Source: Planctomycetales bacterium (lineage in GTDB: Bacteria > 4484-113). From it: 64,000 bases of DNA. The stretch covers positions 125,612 to 189,611 of the forward strand of contig JAUWGS010000002.1 in assembly GCA_030606285.1 (NCBI GenBank), written 5' to 3'. The notes under the pieces were generated by a model. The model saw only the letters and a program-made list of their open reading frames with translations, was not told the DNA's origin and ran no database searches. Positions 1 to 8,084 of the stretch are shown here, piece by piece (the first letter of the stretch is position 1; the number at the start of each line of letters is the position of its first letter). The translations under genes were made by a program, and so were the position numbers.

Positions 1-573
1 GATGTCGATCGCACCTGCGAAGACGACTTCCTCAAGCGGATGAAGCATCGCCTGGATGTCAACGGCCGTCCAATAGTGCTCGTCTGCCCGCTCGGGGGCT
101 GGCCCACGAAGAGCTGGCGACCGCAACTGATTAACCGCCTGCTTGACCGGTTCGCCGTGCACGATGCAACGTTTGCGATTGTCGGCGCTCCGGGCGAAGA
201 GCGATACGCAGCTGACATCTACTCGGTCAACAATGAGGTGGTCAATCTTGTAGGACGAACAACGCTGCGCGAGCTCGTGTACCTCGTGCAGCGGGCGGAT
301 GTGGTTGTCTCGCCGGATACGAGCGTGGTTCACCTGGCGAATGCGGTGGGAACGCCGGTGGTGGCGTTGTTCGGGCCGACGGCGGCGGAGCGTTGCGGGC
401 CCTCTCCCGGCTCGCAGGCTTCGGTGATATACGGTAAGGTGAACTGCCTGAAGTGCTATCTTAAGAAGTGCAACAAAGAGCCTTTCTGTATGGACACGAT
501 TACGCCGGAGGAGGTCAAGGCGGAGGTGGACCGTTACCTCGCGCGAAAACCGATTTCCGGCAATGCGGAGTGA
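1..573 (+). CDS. glycosyltransferase family 9 (LPS heptosyltransferase-like), 5' end outside window
   Basis: Frame open from nt 1 (no upstream stop). C-terminal GT9-like segment VVSPDTSVVHLANAVGTPVVALFGP. Lies immediately upstream of heptose activation genes. Confidence 0.6.
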   Translation, partial: DVDRTCEDDFLKRMKHRLDVNGRPIVLVCPLGGWPTKSWRPQLINRLLDRFAVHDATFAIVGAPGEERYAADIYSVNNEVVNLVGRTTLRELVYLVQRADVVVSPDTSVVHLANAVGTPVVALFGPTAAERCGPSPGSQASVIYGKVNCLKCYLKKCNKEPFCMDTITPEEVKAEVDRYLARKPISGNAE

Positions 574-576
574 ACT

Positions 577-1545
577 GTGAAGTTGGAAGAGCTTATTGAC
601 GCAATGGGTGGCGGCCGGGTGGCGGTGCTGGGAGACCTCATCTGCGACCGCTTCATCTATGGCGAAGTGGGTCGCATTTCGCCTGAAGCGCCGGTGCCCG
701 TAATGCGCGCCGGGCGCGAGGAATTCCGTGCGGGCGGTGCAGCGAATGTGGTGCACAACATCATCGCGCTTGGCGGCGACGCCGAGGCCTTCGGGATAAT
801 CGGCGACGACAGCAACGCCCGGATGTTGTTGGAACACATGCACTCCTTCGGCTCAGGCACGCAGGGGATAATCACGGTAAGCGGAAGGCCCACGACGATA
901 AAGACCCGGCTCGTGGCCCAGAGCCAGCAGCTTCTGCGGGTGGATGAGGAAGTGACAGAGGCAATCGACACACGCGCAGAAGACAGCATTCTTGGCGCTA
1001 TGAAGACAACACTTGGAGAATGCCAGGTTCTCGTCATCAGCGACTACGACAAAGGCGTGCTCACGGAGCGCCTCGCGCGTGAAGCCATCGCGCTCTACCG
1101 GGGCGCGGGCAAGCGGGTGATCTGCGACCCCAAACCGGCGAACATCCCGCACTTCAAGGGAGTTACGCTGCTCACACCCAACCGCAACGAAGCATTCCTT
1201 GCCGCCGGGATTGCGCGTGTGCAGCCGGATTCGCTGGAGGTGGCCGCCCGCAGGATTCGCGACGTGGTTGAAAGCGACGCTGTGGCGATAACTGCGGGCG
1301 CAGACGGAATCTACCTTCTGGCTGGCGACGACTTCATGCACATACCGGCCGAGGGCATCGAGGTCTACGATGTGGTCGGCGCGGGCGACACCGTTTGCGC
1401 GACAATTGCGCTGGCTCTGGCGACGGGGGCGGATTATGTAGAAGCCACAACACTCGCGAACTACGCCGCAGGCATCGTCGTCAGCAAGCTGGGATTGGCC
1501 ACGGTGAGCGCGGAGGAGTTGAAAGCGCGGGTAGCAGGCGGATAG
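577..1545 (+). CDS. hldA: D-glycero-beta-D-manno-heptose-7-phosphate kinase (RfaE domain I, PfkB carbohydrate kinase family)
   Basis: 322 aa. PfkB motifs: N-terminal GDLICDRFIYGE and C-terminal GAGDTVCATIALALATGADY. Stops (GG*) 2 nt before a relic hldC start. Confidence 0.75.
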   Translation: MKLEELIDAMGGGRVAVLGDLICDRFIYGEVGRISPEAPVPVMRAGREEFRAGGAANVVHNIIALGGDAEAFGIIGDDSNARMLLEHMHSFGSGTQGIITVSGRPTTIKTRLVAQSQQLLRVDEEVTEAIDTRAEDSILGAMKTTLGECQVLVISDYDKGVLTERLAREAIALYRGAGKRVICDPKPANIPHFKGVTLLTPNRNEAFLAAGIARVQPDSLEVAARRIRDVVESDAVAITAGADGIYLLAGDDFMHIPAEGIEVYDVVGAGDTVCATIALALATGADYVEATTLANYAAGIVVSKLGLATVSAEELKARVAGG

Positions 1546-1547
1546 AG

Positions 1548-1637
1548 ATGCTGAGTGCTGAAATAGCGGAGTTACTGGAGAAGGCTCAAGCATCCAACGA
1601 GACCATTGTCTTCACCAACGGGTGTTTTGAGCTGTAA
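1548..1637 (+). pseudogene. 29-codon relic of the hldC 5' end (MLSAEIAELLEKAQASNETIVFTNGCFEL*), displaced by an inserted cassette
   Basis: Peptide and nucleotide homology to the start of the intact hldC at 2555. 23-nt identical core gtcttcaccaacgggtgttttga at 1608-1630 and 2618-2640. Premature stop after FTNGCFEL. Confidence 0.5.
1608..1630 (+). repeat. left copy of 23-nt identical direct-repeat core flanking the 1-kb cassette (extended imperfect repeat ~1590-1635)
   Basis: Identical to 2618-2640. Flanks diverge at nucleotide level but encode similar peptides. Confidence 0.7.
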
Positions 1638-1767
1638 TCCGCAAGTTCCGCAGCGGCATGTGGCCGAAGGCCTAGGCGGAGGCGGAACCTATCTGAAGAA
1701 GCACTTGAGAATGGGACTTTCGGTGCCAGCGGGTCGAATCTGCATTTGACAAAGGAGGGATCGAAGA

Positions 1768-2535
1768 ATGGAGGGTGCGCAATTGAAAAGACTGGAAAGG
1801 CGCATAGCTTGTCTGGAACGGCAGAGGAATCTGCTGACAGTGCTATTTATGTTATGGGGCATAGGTGTTGGCCTATCGTTCCTGGTCTCCGCTACAACGC
1901 AGGGCGGCAGGCCACAAGCGGTCCAGGCACTGCGCTTTGACGTAGTGGACGAGGACCGAAATGTGTGTGGTGCACTCGGGCCACCCGCTGACGGAAGTCG
2001 AGGAGTAGCGCTGTTTGACGCCAACTATCATGAACGTGCCTTATTTTTTCTTGGTCGAAGTGGAAGCACCGCGCTAGTCTTGAAGGATGTGAATGGCTCT
2101 CCGCGTGTAGCGTTGGGGCTTTCTTGTGGCGGAAGTCCGGCCCTAAGACTCTACGATGAGGATGGAGCGATTCGCTCAAGGCTTGCTATTCGCCCAGACG
2201 GGATTGTGGACCTTGAATTGTCTGACGGAAGCGAGACGGGCTGCTTGTCCTTGGAGCTTTCTCAAGACGGGGTGCCTTGCATGACCATGCGCGGTTCCGA
2301 GGGACACGAGCGCCTAGCACTTGGGGTGCAGGCAAATGAGAGTGCGGGCCTATCGCTGTGGGAGCGCGAAGGCAGAGCTGGCATTCAACTCAACGTGAAT
2401 GCGGACGGTATGTCCCACATTGGCCTGCATGACCACGAAGGCGACCTTCGCGGGATGTTTGCGATGCTCTCAGAATGTATGCCCTGGATTCAGCTATGGG
2501 ACGATGACAAGAACTCGCTCTTCATGGCTCCTTGA
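1768..2535 (+). CDS. membrane-anchored tandem-repeat protein (N-terminal heptad/coiled-coil-like segment, TM helix, then ~20-aa repeats); paralog of 18671-19309
   Basis: GGAGG RBS 9 nt upstream. Coiled-coil-like LKRLERRIACLERQ, TM segment LLTVLFMLWGIGVGLSFLV, then repeats of the form L.LYD.DG..R..L....DG...L.L.D. Shares architecture with ORF 18671. Confidence 0.5.
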   Translation: MEGAQLKRLERRIACLERQRNLLTVLFMLWGIGVGLSFLVSATTQGGRPQAVQALRFDVVDEDRNVCGALGPPADGSRGVALFDANYHERALFFLGRSGSTALVLKDVNGSPRVALGLSCGGSPALRLYDEDGAIRSRLAIRPDGIVDLELSDGSETGCLSLELSQDGVPCMTMRGSEGHERLALGVQANESAGLSLWEREGRAGIQLNVNADGMSHIGLHDHEGDLRGMFAMLSECMPWIQLWDDDKNSLFMAP

Positions 2536-2542
2536 GCCGTGT

Positions 2543-2548
2543 ATAATC
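2543..2548 (+). promoter_or_regulatory. TATAAT -10-like hexamer 6 nt upstream of the hldC ATG (short-leader or leaderless promoter carried on the cassette side)
   Basis: Sequence gccgtgTATAATctgcctgATG. Confidence 0.3.
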
Positions 2549-2554
2549 TGCCTG

Positions 2555-3010
2555 ATGGGGATTTCACCTGAGCTGGAGCGGAAGCTCGCGGAACTGCGCG
2601 CATCCGGCAAGAGCATCGTCTTCACCAACGGGTGTTTTGACCTGTTGCATCCGGGGCACATCCATCAGCTTCGCGAGGCGAGGGCGCAGGGGGATTTCCT
2701 CATCGTGGGCCTGAACTCCGACTCCAGCACGCGGCGGCTGAAGGGCGAGGGCAGACCGATGCTGCCCCAGGACGCGCGCCAAGAACTGCTCGAAGCTATC
2801 CGCTACGTGGACGCCGTAGTCATCTTCGACGAGGACACACCGGAAGCTCTCATCCGCGAAGTGCGCCCCGACGTGCTGGTCAAAGGCGCGGGATATGAAA
2901 TCAAAGACATTGTCGGCGCGGAGTTAGTTAAGGGATACGGCGGCCGCGTGCACCGTGTGCCGATGCTGCCCGGATATTCCACAAGCGAGCTGCTATCAAA
3001 GCTCAAGTAG
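2555..3010 (+). CDS. hldC: D-glycero-beta-D-manno-heptose-1-phosphate adenylyltransferase (RfaE domain II, cytidylyltransferase fold)
   Basis: 151 aa starting MGISPELERKL. HxGH nucleotidyltransferase motif FTNGCFDLLHPGHIH. The longer 2399 ORF start is an upstream artefact. Confidence 0.8.
   Translation: MGISPELERKLAELRASGKSIVFTNGCFDLLHPGHIHQLREARAQGDFLIVGLNSDSSTRRLKGEGRPMLPQDARQELLEAIRYVDAVVIFDEDTPEALIREVRPDVLVKGAGYEIKDIVGAELVKGYGGRVHRVPMLPGYSTSELLSKLK
2618..2640 (+). repeat. right copy of the 23-nt direct-repeat core (inside the hldC 5' coding region)
   Basis: Identical to 1608-1630. Confidence 0.7.
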
Positions 3011-3016
3011 CGGAAT

Positions 3017-3787
3017 ATGGTTCGGCGGACACTCAGCGTGCTCAGCGACCTTATAGCGAGCGTCGCCGGGCTTATGTTTCCCCAGTACTGCATTTTCTGC
3101 GGCGAGCTGGCGGAGACGCTGGTGTGTGATGACTGCGCTGCAAAGCTCACTTCTGTCCAGCATCCCATCTGCCCGCGCTGCGGCAAGCCGCTGAAGACCG
3201 GCGTAGCGCGCAGCGAATGCTTGCACTGCTCCAGCCATCGCTGGTATGTTGATACTGCGCGGGCGCTCTTTGTCTACGAAGGCGAGGGGCGCGATGCTTT
3301 GCACCGCTTCAAGTACGGACGGCGACGCGGGTTGGCACGGTTTTTTGGCAGAGAGCTCTCACGTCAGGCGGGAGACCTGAACCGCCTGGGTGCGCTCTTC
3401 AACTGGGAATTCGGTGAAGAGCCCGAAATGGTGGTTCCAATGCCGCTGCATTGGGGCAAGCGCTTTCTCCGGTGGTTCAACCAGAGCGAGTTGATACTCA
3501 AGTTCTACGCGCCGTCACTTGGCCTGCCGGCGGAGCCTTCAGTTCTGAAAAGAACCAAGTTCACGCATTCGCAGGTAGGGCTGACCGAACCCCAGCGGTT
3601 CGTCAACGTTCGCAAGGCTTTTACCGTTCCTAAACGAGCAGCCGATCGCGTGCGCGGGAAGCGCATCCTGCTGATTGACGATCTGGTGACCACCGGCGCG
3701 ACTCTAAACGCTGCAGCGCGTGCGCTGAAGGACGCTGGCGCGAAGAAGGTCTACGCGCTGTCCTTCTTCACTGCCACGTTGAAGTGA
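3017..3787 (+). CDS. ComF-family protein (double Cys-pair zinc-ribbon-like N-terminus plus phosphoribosyltransferase domain)
   Basis: N-terminal CIFCGE...CDDCAA...CPRCGKP...CLHCS. C-terminal PRTase motif RILLIDDLVTTGATL. Confidence 0.7.
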   Translation: MVRRTLSVLSDLIASVAGLMFPQYCIFCGELAETLVCDDCAAKLTSVQHPICPRCGKPLKTGVARSECLHCSSHRWYVDTARALFVYEGEGRDALHRFKYGRRRGLARFFGRELSRQAGDLNRLGALFNWEFGEEPEMVVPMPLHWGKRFLRWFNQSELILKFYAPSLGLPAEPSVLKRTKFTHSQVGLTEPQRFVNVRKAFTVPKRAADRVRGKRILLIDDLVTTGATLNAAARALKDAGAKKVYALSFFTATLK

Positions 3788-3882
3788 GCAGGGCTGCTTG
3801 CGTCGCTGTCGGTAAAGCCGTTCCGGAGAGTCATGTCCGGCTTGAAAACTCGCAGGACGGCGGGTAGAATAGCTCGCACTGC

Positions 3883-3956
3883 GGGGACGTAGTGTAGAGG
3901 CCTAACATACTTGCCTGTCACGCAAGAGATCGCGAGTTCGAATCTCGTCGTCCCCG
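3883..3956 (+). tRNA. tRNA-Asp (anticodon GTC); CCA not encoded
   Basis: Cloverleaf read by eye: acceptor ggggacg/cgtcccc, anticodon loop ctGTCac, T-arm gcgagttcgaatctcgt, discriminator G. Confidence 0.85.
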
Positions 3957-4190
3957 TTTCGTGGCCTTACCTGTCACATATCAACCGGCTCTCCGCGCTG
4001 GTGCGTTCCCCGTCTGGCTTGAAAGGTGTAGGTTTTCAGCCCAATCCCGGTTCATGACGGGCGATGGTAGAATAACCTCGGATTGGTGAATTTCTGGAAC
4101 ACAAGCTGTGCGGCTTCCCGCGCGAACGCAATGCGAAACCGATATGATTCCCGCGCTTCCCTGCGCGACTTCACGAGGAGCTAGTCGCTT

Positions 4191-5045
4191 ATGACCGAAA
4201 TGAGCGTGACGATCCTGCGCGTGGCGCTGTTCGTGTATCTCGCCTCCACAGCCGCGTATCTGGCCCACGCGACCTTTGCCCGGCGCAATGCAGTGGGAGT
4301 TGTGGCGTACGCAGCCCTGGCCGTTGCATTTGCCCTGCACACAGTCTTTCAGGTTATCCGCGTCGTTGAGTACTGGTCGCAGCACCAGGCGTTCATTCTC
4401 CCAACAGCCTCATTCATTGAGGCGGTAAGCTACTGCGCGTGGATGGTTGCGCTGGTTTACCTCGTGGCGGAACGGTTCATCAAGACACGGCTCTTTGGTG
4501 CGGCAATTGGAGCTGCGATAGTCCTGCTTCTCGGTTATGCGATGCTTCATGGTTCAGAGATGGTTCCCCGTCCGCTGATTCCAGCGCTCAAGAGTCCCTG
4601 GCTCAACATACATGTCACGGCGGTAATCCTCTCCTACGCGGGATTCCTGTTCAGCGCCATCGCAGCCGTCTTCTACCTGCTGCGATTGCGCGGAATACGC
4701 TGGGTGGAGAACCTGTTTGCAAACCTGACGCTGGAGGATCACGACATGCTCACCTACAGGTTCGTCGTTTTCGCCTTTCCCATTCTTACTGTGGGGATCA
4801 TCACGGGAGCCATCTGGGCCGACCAGGCCTGGGGGCGTTTCTGGGGCTGGGATCCCAAGGAAACCTGGAGTCTCATTACGTGGCTCATCTGGGCGGGTTA
4901 CCTTCACACCCGATTGGCGTTTGGCTGGCGGGGCGCCCGAAGCGCCTGGTTCGCGATACTCGGAATCATCTCCGTCTTCATCACGTTTTTCGGTGTAAGT
5001 TTCCTCGCCGCCTATTTCAGTGTGGAATCGCTGCACACCTATTAA
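4191..5045 (+). CDS. ccsA: cytochrome c-type biogenesis protein CcsA/ResC (system II heme handling)
   Basis: Polytopic membrane protein with Trp-rich WGRFWGWDPKETWSLITWLIWAGYLH (WWD-type) motif. Confidence 0.75.
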   Translation: MTEMSVTILRVALFVYLASTAAYLAHATFARRNAVGVVAYAALAVAFALHTVFQVIRVVEYWSQHQAFILPTASFIEAVSYCAWMVALVYLVAERFIKTRLFGAAIGAAIVLLLGYAMLHGSEMVPRPLIPALKSPWLNIHVTAVILSYAGFLFSAIAAVFYLLRLRGIRWVENLFANLTLEDHDMLTYRFVVFAFPILTVGIITGAIWADQAWGRFWGWDPKETWSLITWLIWAGYLHTRLAFGWRGARSAWFAILGIISVFITFFGVSFLAAYFSVESLHTY

Positions 5046-5059
5046 ATTGGATTGAGTGA

Positions 5060-6628
5060 ATGGATAGCCAATCCAAGCATAGCGCTTCAGAGCCTTCCCG
5101 GAATGGCGTGAATGCAGCCGGTATAGGCTCTCGCGAAGGCTCGAATGGCAAAGAAGCCTACGAGCCCGGCCTGTTCGACCTGATGTGGAAATGGCTCAAC
5201 TCCCTCACGGTGGTCATATGGGTGCTGGTTGTGATCGCGCTTCTTTCGATCCTGGGCACTGTGGTTCCGCAGTGGAATCAGGTGCCCGACGCCAGCGAAG
5301 CGGCTTATCTGGCCCGCTTCGGCGAGTTCAAGTGGTCACTGATCAAATACTTCGGCCTGCACCGTCTCTACTCCGCGTGGTACTACGTCGCGCTCAACAC
5401 GTGGCTGGCGGTAAGTGCAACCGTATGCACTATCAAAAAGCTCCGCTACGCGGTTCGGGCGCAACGAGATCCGATTGTAATCCGTTCACCGGACTTCTAT
5501 CGCACGGGCAAGGTTCACCGCTCGGGCGAAGCGCTGGACGCGCCCCAGGTTGAAGAGCGGCTGCGCAGTGCCCGTTTTCGCGTGTTGGAGGCCGAAGCTC
5601 CGGACGGTTCTGTTCACATGCTCGGACAGCGCGGCCTCATCAGGCTCTGGTCGATTGTGGCGTTGCATCTAAGCATCATCATTCTCCTTCTTGGCGCAGT
5701 GGCGAGCGGGATTTACGGCGTGCAGGGGAATGTCGCCGTTGAGCCAGGCACAACCGTTGCCGTCACGATTGACCCGTCGGAAGGAAAGCCCGAATGGCTG
5801 GACAGATTCCTGGATACCCACGTGAAGCCGCGCGACTTCCTGTTCACGCTTCACAGCTTCAACATTCCGATGGATGTGCTCAAGACCGGGTTCCCCGGTG
5901 ACCTTGCCGGTTCCGGGCAGAGTCGCCTCCACGAGTTTGAGCGTCTCATCGTCCGGCAGTACACATCGGATCTCTCGGTGAGTGTTGGCGGCACAGAGCG
6001 GCGGAAGCAGGACCTTTCCGTGAACTGGCCGATGCGGATTGCCGGTGTCAGCATCTACCAGAACGCCTACCGTTACATAATCCCCCTTCACATCTATTAC
6101 GATGGGACAGAAGTTCCCTCCGACCTGATCACAACCGGCTCTGTGCTTGCGGTTTCCGCGAGAGGGGCTTTCGACCAGCGGTCAAATCCTTACGGACGTT
6201 ACATTGTTGAGGTTCTCGATTTCAAGCAGGGCGAGGTTTACGACGGCAATGATCTGACAGAAGTACTTCCACCCACGGCGCTTCTTCACATTTATGAGCC
6301 CCAGACGGGGCTTTCAGCCGTCCAGCTTGTCGACCCAGCCAATCCCGCTGAAACCTCCGGCATGGTCGTGAAGATGGGGTCGGCGGAAGAAGTCGTCAGC
6401 GTTTCCATCTTCACCTACAAGGACGACACAGGTATTGACATCGTGTATTTCGGCTCGATTCTCCTCTCACTTGCGTGTCTGCTGGCGTTATGGGTTGGCT
6501 ATGACCGGGTTCGAGTGCGCGTAAAGGATGGGAAGTCCGACTGGCGCTTCATCCGCCAGGGGTTGCAGATAGGGCTTGCGCGGGTTCTTGACGACCTCGT
6601 CCGCGGCCACGCTAGGAACTCGGACTAG
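5060..6628 (+). CDS. ccsB: cytochrome c biogenesis protein ResB/Ccs1 family
   Basis: 522 aa. N-terminal TM, large soluble domain and C-terminal TM typical of ResB. Adjacent to ccsA. Confidence 0.65.
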   Translation: MDSQSKHSASEPSRNGVNAAGIGSREGSNGKEAYEPGLFDLMWKWLNSLTVVIWVLVVIALLSILGTVVPQWNQVPDASEAAYLARFGEFKWSLIKYFGLHRLYSAWYYVALNTWLAVSATVCTIKKLRYAVRAQRDPIVIRSPDFYRTGKVHRSGEALDAPQVEERLRSARFRVLEAEAPDGSVHMLGQRGLIRLWSIVALHLSIIILLLGAVASGIYGVQGNVAVEPGTTVAVTIDPSEGKPEWLDRFLDTHVKPRDFLFTLHSFNIPMDVLKTGFPGDLAGSGQSRLHEFERLIVRQYTSDLSVSVGGTERRKQDLSVNWPMRIAGVSIYQNAYRYIIPLHIYYDGTEVPSDLITTGSVLAVSARGAFDQRSNPYGRYIVEVLDFKQGEVYDGNDLTEVLPPTALLHIYEPQTGLSAVQLVDPANPAETSGMVVKMGSAEEVVSVSIFTYKDDTGIDIVYFGSILLSLACLLALWVGYDRVRVRVKDGKSDWRFIRQGLQIGLARVLDDLVRGHARNSD

Positions 6629-6658
6629 GACCGATTCGGCACACTTGCCATCGTCCGT

Positions 6659-8023
6659 TTGAGCTGTGCGCATCGACCAAAGCCAGCTAGAACCAGCAAC
6701 GATTCTGCGCAGCATTCAGCTCTCGAGTCTGCCACTAAACTCGCTGCTGTTTCGAGCCGCCGTTGCGCTCATCTCCTGCAAAGCCTACAATACGTGTCTA
6801 TGCTCACAGGAATGAGCTGGCAGGAGGCCCAGAGTCGGTTGCTGGCGTGGGCCCGTCCGCTGGGCACAGACACAGTGCGTCTGCGCCACGCTTTGTCTCA
6901 TTATTCGGCGGTGGATGTGCTCGCACAGTCTCCGTATCCCGCGCACAACCTGGCCGAAGAACGGGGTTACGCACTGAGTTATGATGCGCTGAAGGCACGC
7001 TGGGACAAGGATGAGCTTCCGCTCTTCAGGTTCGGTGGCAATCTTGGTGGGCGGCACACGTTCAAGCGGCAGGTCTCAAGCGACCAGGCAATGCTGGTCG
7101 ATATTGGCGCTTTTCTTCCAGATGCATACGACCTGGTCGTTCCCGAAGACGAAGTCGAGCGGAGAGACAACGAGGTTGTGGTGAAGGCGCGCTCGGAGAG
7201 ATACAGCGGTGTTATCCGCCGGGGACAGTTCATCCCCGAGCAGAAAGCGCTGTTGTCCAAAGGTCGCCGCATCTCATACGCTGGCTACACGGCGCTCTAC
7301 AGCCAGCCGGTGGAAGAGGTCGACGTGTTGCGCAAGCCGATCATCGGCTCGCTCGTTCTCGGTTCCGGCCTGCACGACCCTCACGCGGTAAAGGTGCCCA
7401 AGGACTCGATTCCCGAGCTTCTCTCCCCCATGATGATGGGCATATGCGCACGCTGGCAGTTCCCATTCATCTCCTTGGGGGTTCAGGAGTCACACAGAAG
7501 TGTCGGCGAGGCAGTGAGCCGGGCATCGGAGCAGGCGGAAATCCTGGTTGTCTCGGGCATCCTTTCCTCGTCTCAATGGCAGGCCTTCACGCGCATGCTC
7601 GGCGAGACGTGGGAGCTGCGGGTTGAAGGTCTCAACCACCCGCTGTGCGGCAGGCTCTGTATGGCTGCGCGGGAAGGGAGGTGGCTCTTCTTCCTACCCT
7701 ATCATCCGCCCATGATACAGGCTCTTCTCACGCTGCTCATATTCCCGTTCGTTACGCGTGTGATGGGAGACGAACACGGATATGTTCCCTTCGTGTCCGC
7801 AAGGTCGCTGGAGACCGTTGAAGTGAAAGATCGGCGGGACGATATCTGGGTTGGACGCGAGGAGTCCACAGGCGAGTTTATGAATGTCGCGCAGGTTAAG
7901 CTAATCTGCCAGATATCCAGTGCGACGCTTACCTCCCTGGCTGAAGGCACCTGCTTCGCTATTCCCCGAGTATCGAGCGATCGCATTGAGGCGCACAGTG
8001 ACCTGGCGATAGTCCGGTACTAG
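6659..8023 (+). CDS. hypothetical protein with MoeA/gephyrin-like layout (divergent; catalytic residues not recognisable)
   Basis: Colinear resemblance to the MoeA N-terminal region (AEERGYALSYDAL vs SAMDGYAV-type segment; PVEEVDVLRKPIIGSLVLGSGL vs MoeA PVIRKVRVALFSTGDEL). True start probably at M48 (nt 6800). Confidence 0.3.
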   Translation: MSCAHRPKPARTSNDSAQHSALESATKLAAVSSRRCAHLLQSLQYVSMLTGMSWQEAQSRLLAWARPLGTDTVRLRHALSHYSAVDVLAQSPYPAHNLAEERGYALSYDALKARWDKDELPLFRFGGNLGGRHTFKRQVSSDQAMLVDIGAFLPDAYDLVVPEDEVERRDNEVVVKARSERYSGVIRRGQFIPEQKALLSKGRRISYAGYTALYSQPVEEVDVLRKPIIGSLVLGSGLHDPHAVKVPKDSIPELLSPMMMGICARWQFPFISLGVQESHRSVGEAVSRASEQAEILVVSGILSSSQWQAFTRMLGETWELRVEGLNHPLCGRLCMAAREGRWLFFLPYHPPMIQALLTLLIFPFVTRVMGDEHGYVPFVSARSLETVEVKDRRDDIWVGREESTGEFMNVAQVKLICQISSATLTSLAEGTCFAIPRVSSDRIEAHSDLAIVRY

Positions 8024-8084
8024 CGCAATCGAACGCTCCTGGCTGGCTTTTCGTCTCCCTTTCGGGTTCGCAACGGCGAATCCG

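Larger units (their letters stand above)
1631..2617 (+). mobile_element. ~1-kb inserted cassette (tandem-repeat membrane protein gene plus a replacement hldC 5' end with its own -10 box), no recombinase gene
   Basis: Bounded by the 23-nt direct repeat. Separates hldA from hldC, which are normally adjacent or fused. Leaves a truncated duplicate of the hldC start on the left side. Confidence 0.4.

Noticed and set aside
853-1593. 246-aa ORF on the minus strand antisense to hldA (and many similar long antisense or alternate-frame ORFs: 9474-10241, 14443-15321, 16102-16659, 16912-17565, 21260-22408, 32221-33213, 34069-34998, 42868-43650, 47882-48601, 51703-52533, 53384-54415)
   Set aside because: High-GC genomes generate long stop-free antisense frames. 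Each overlaps a well-supported sense gene with clear family motifs. The translations are low-complexity, Arg/Ala/Pro-rich, with no recognisable domains.
1395-1637. 80-aa ORF 1395-1637 as a real gene
   Set aside because: It is the alternate frame overlapping the hldA 3' end. Only its last 29 codons (from ATG 1548) resemble anything (hldC start), and these are interpreted as a relic.
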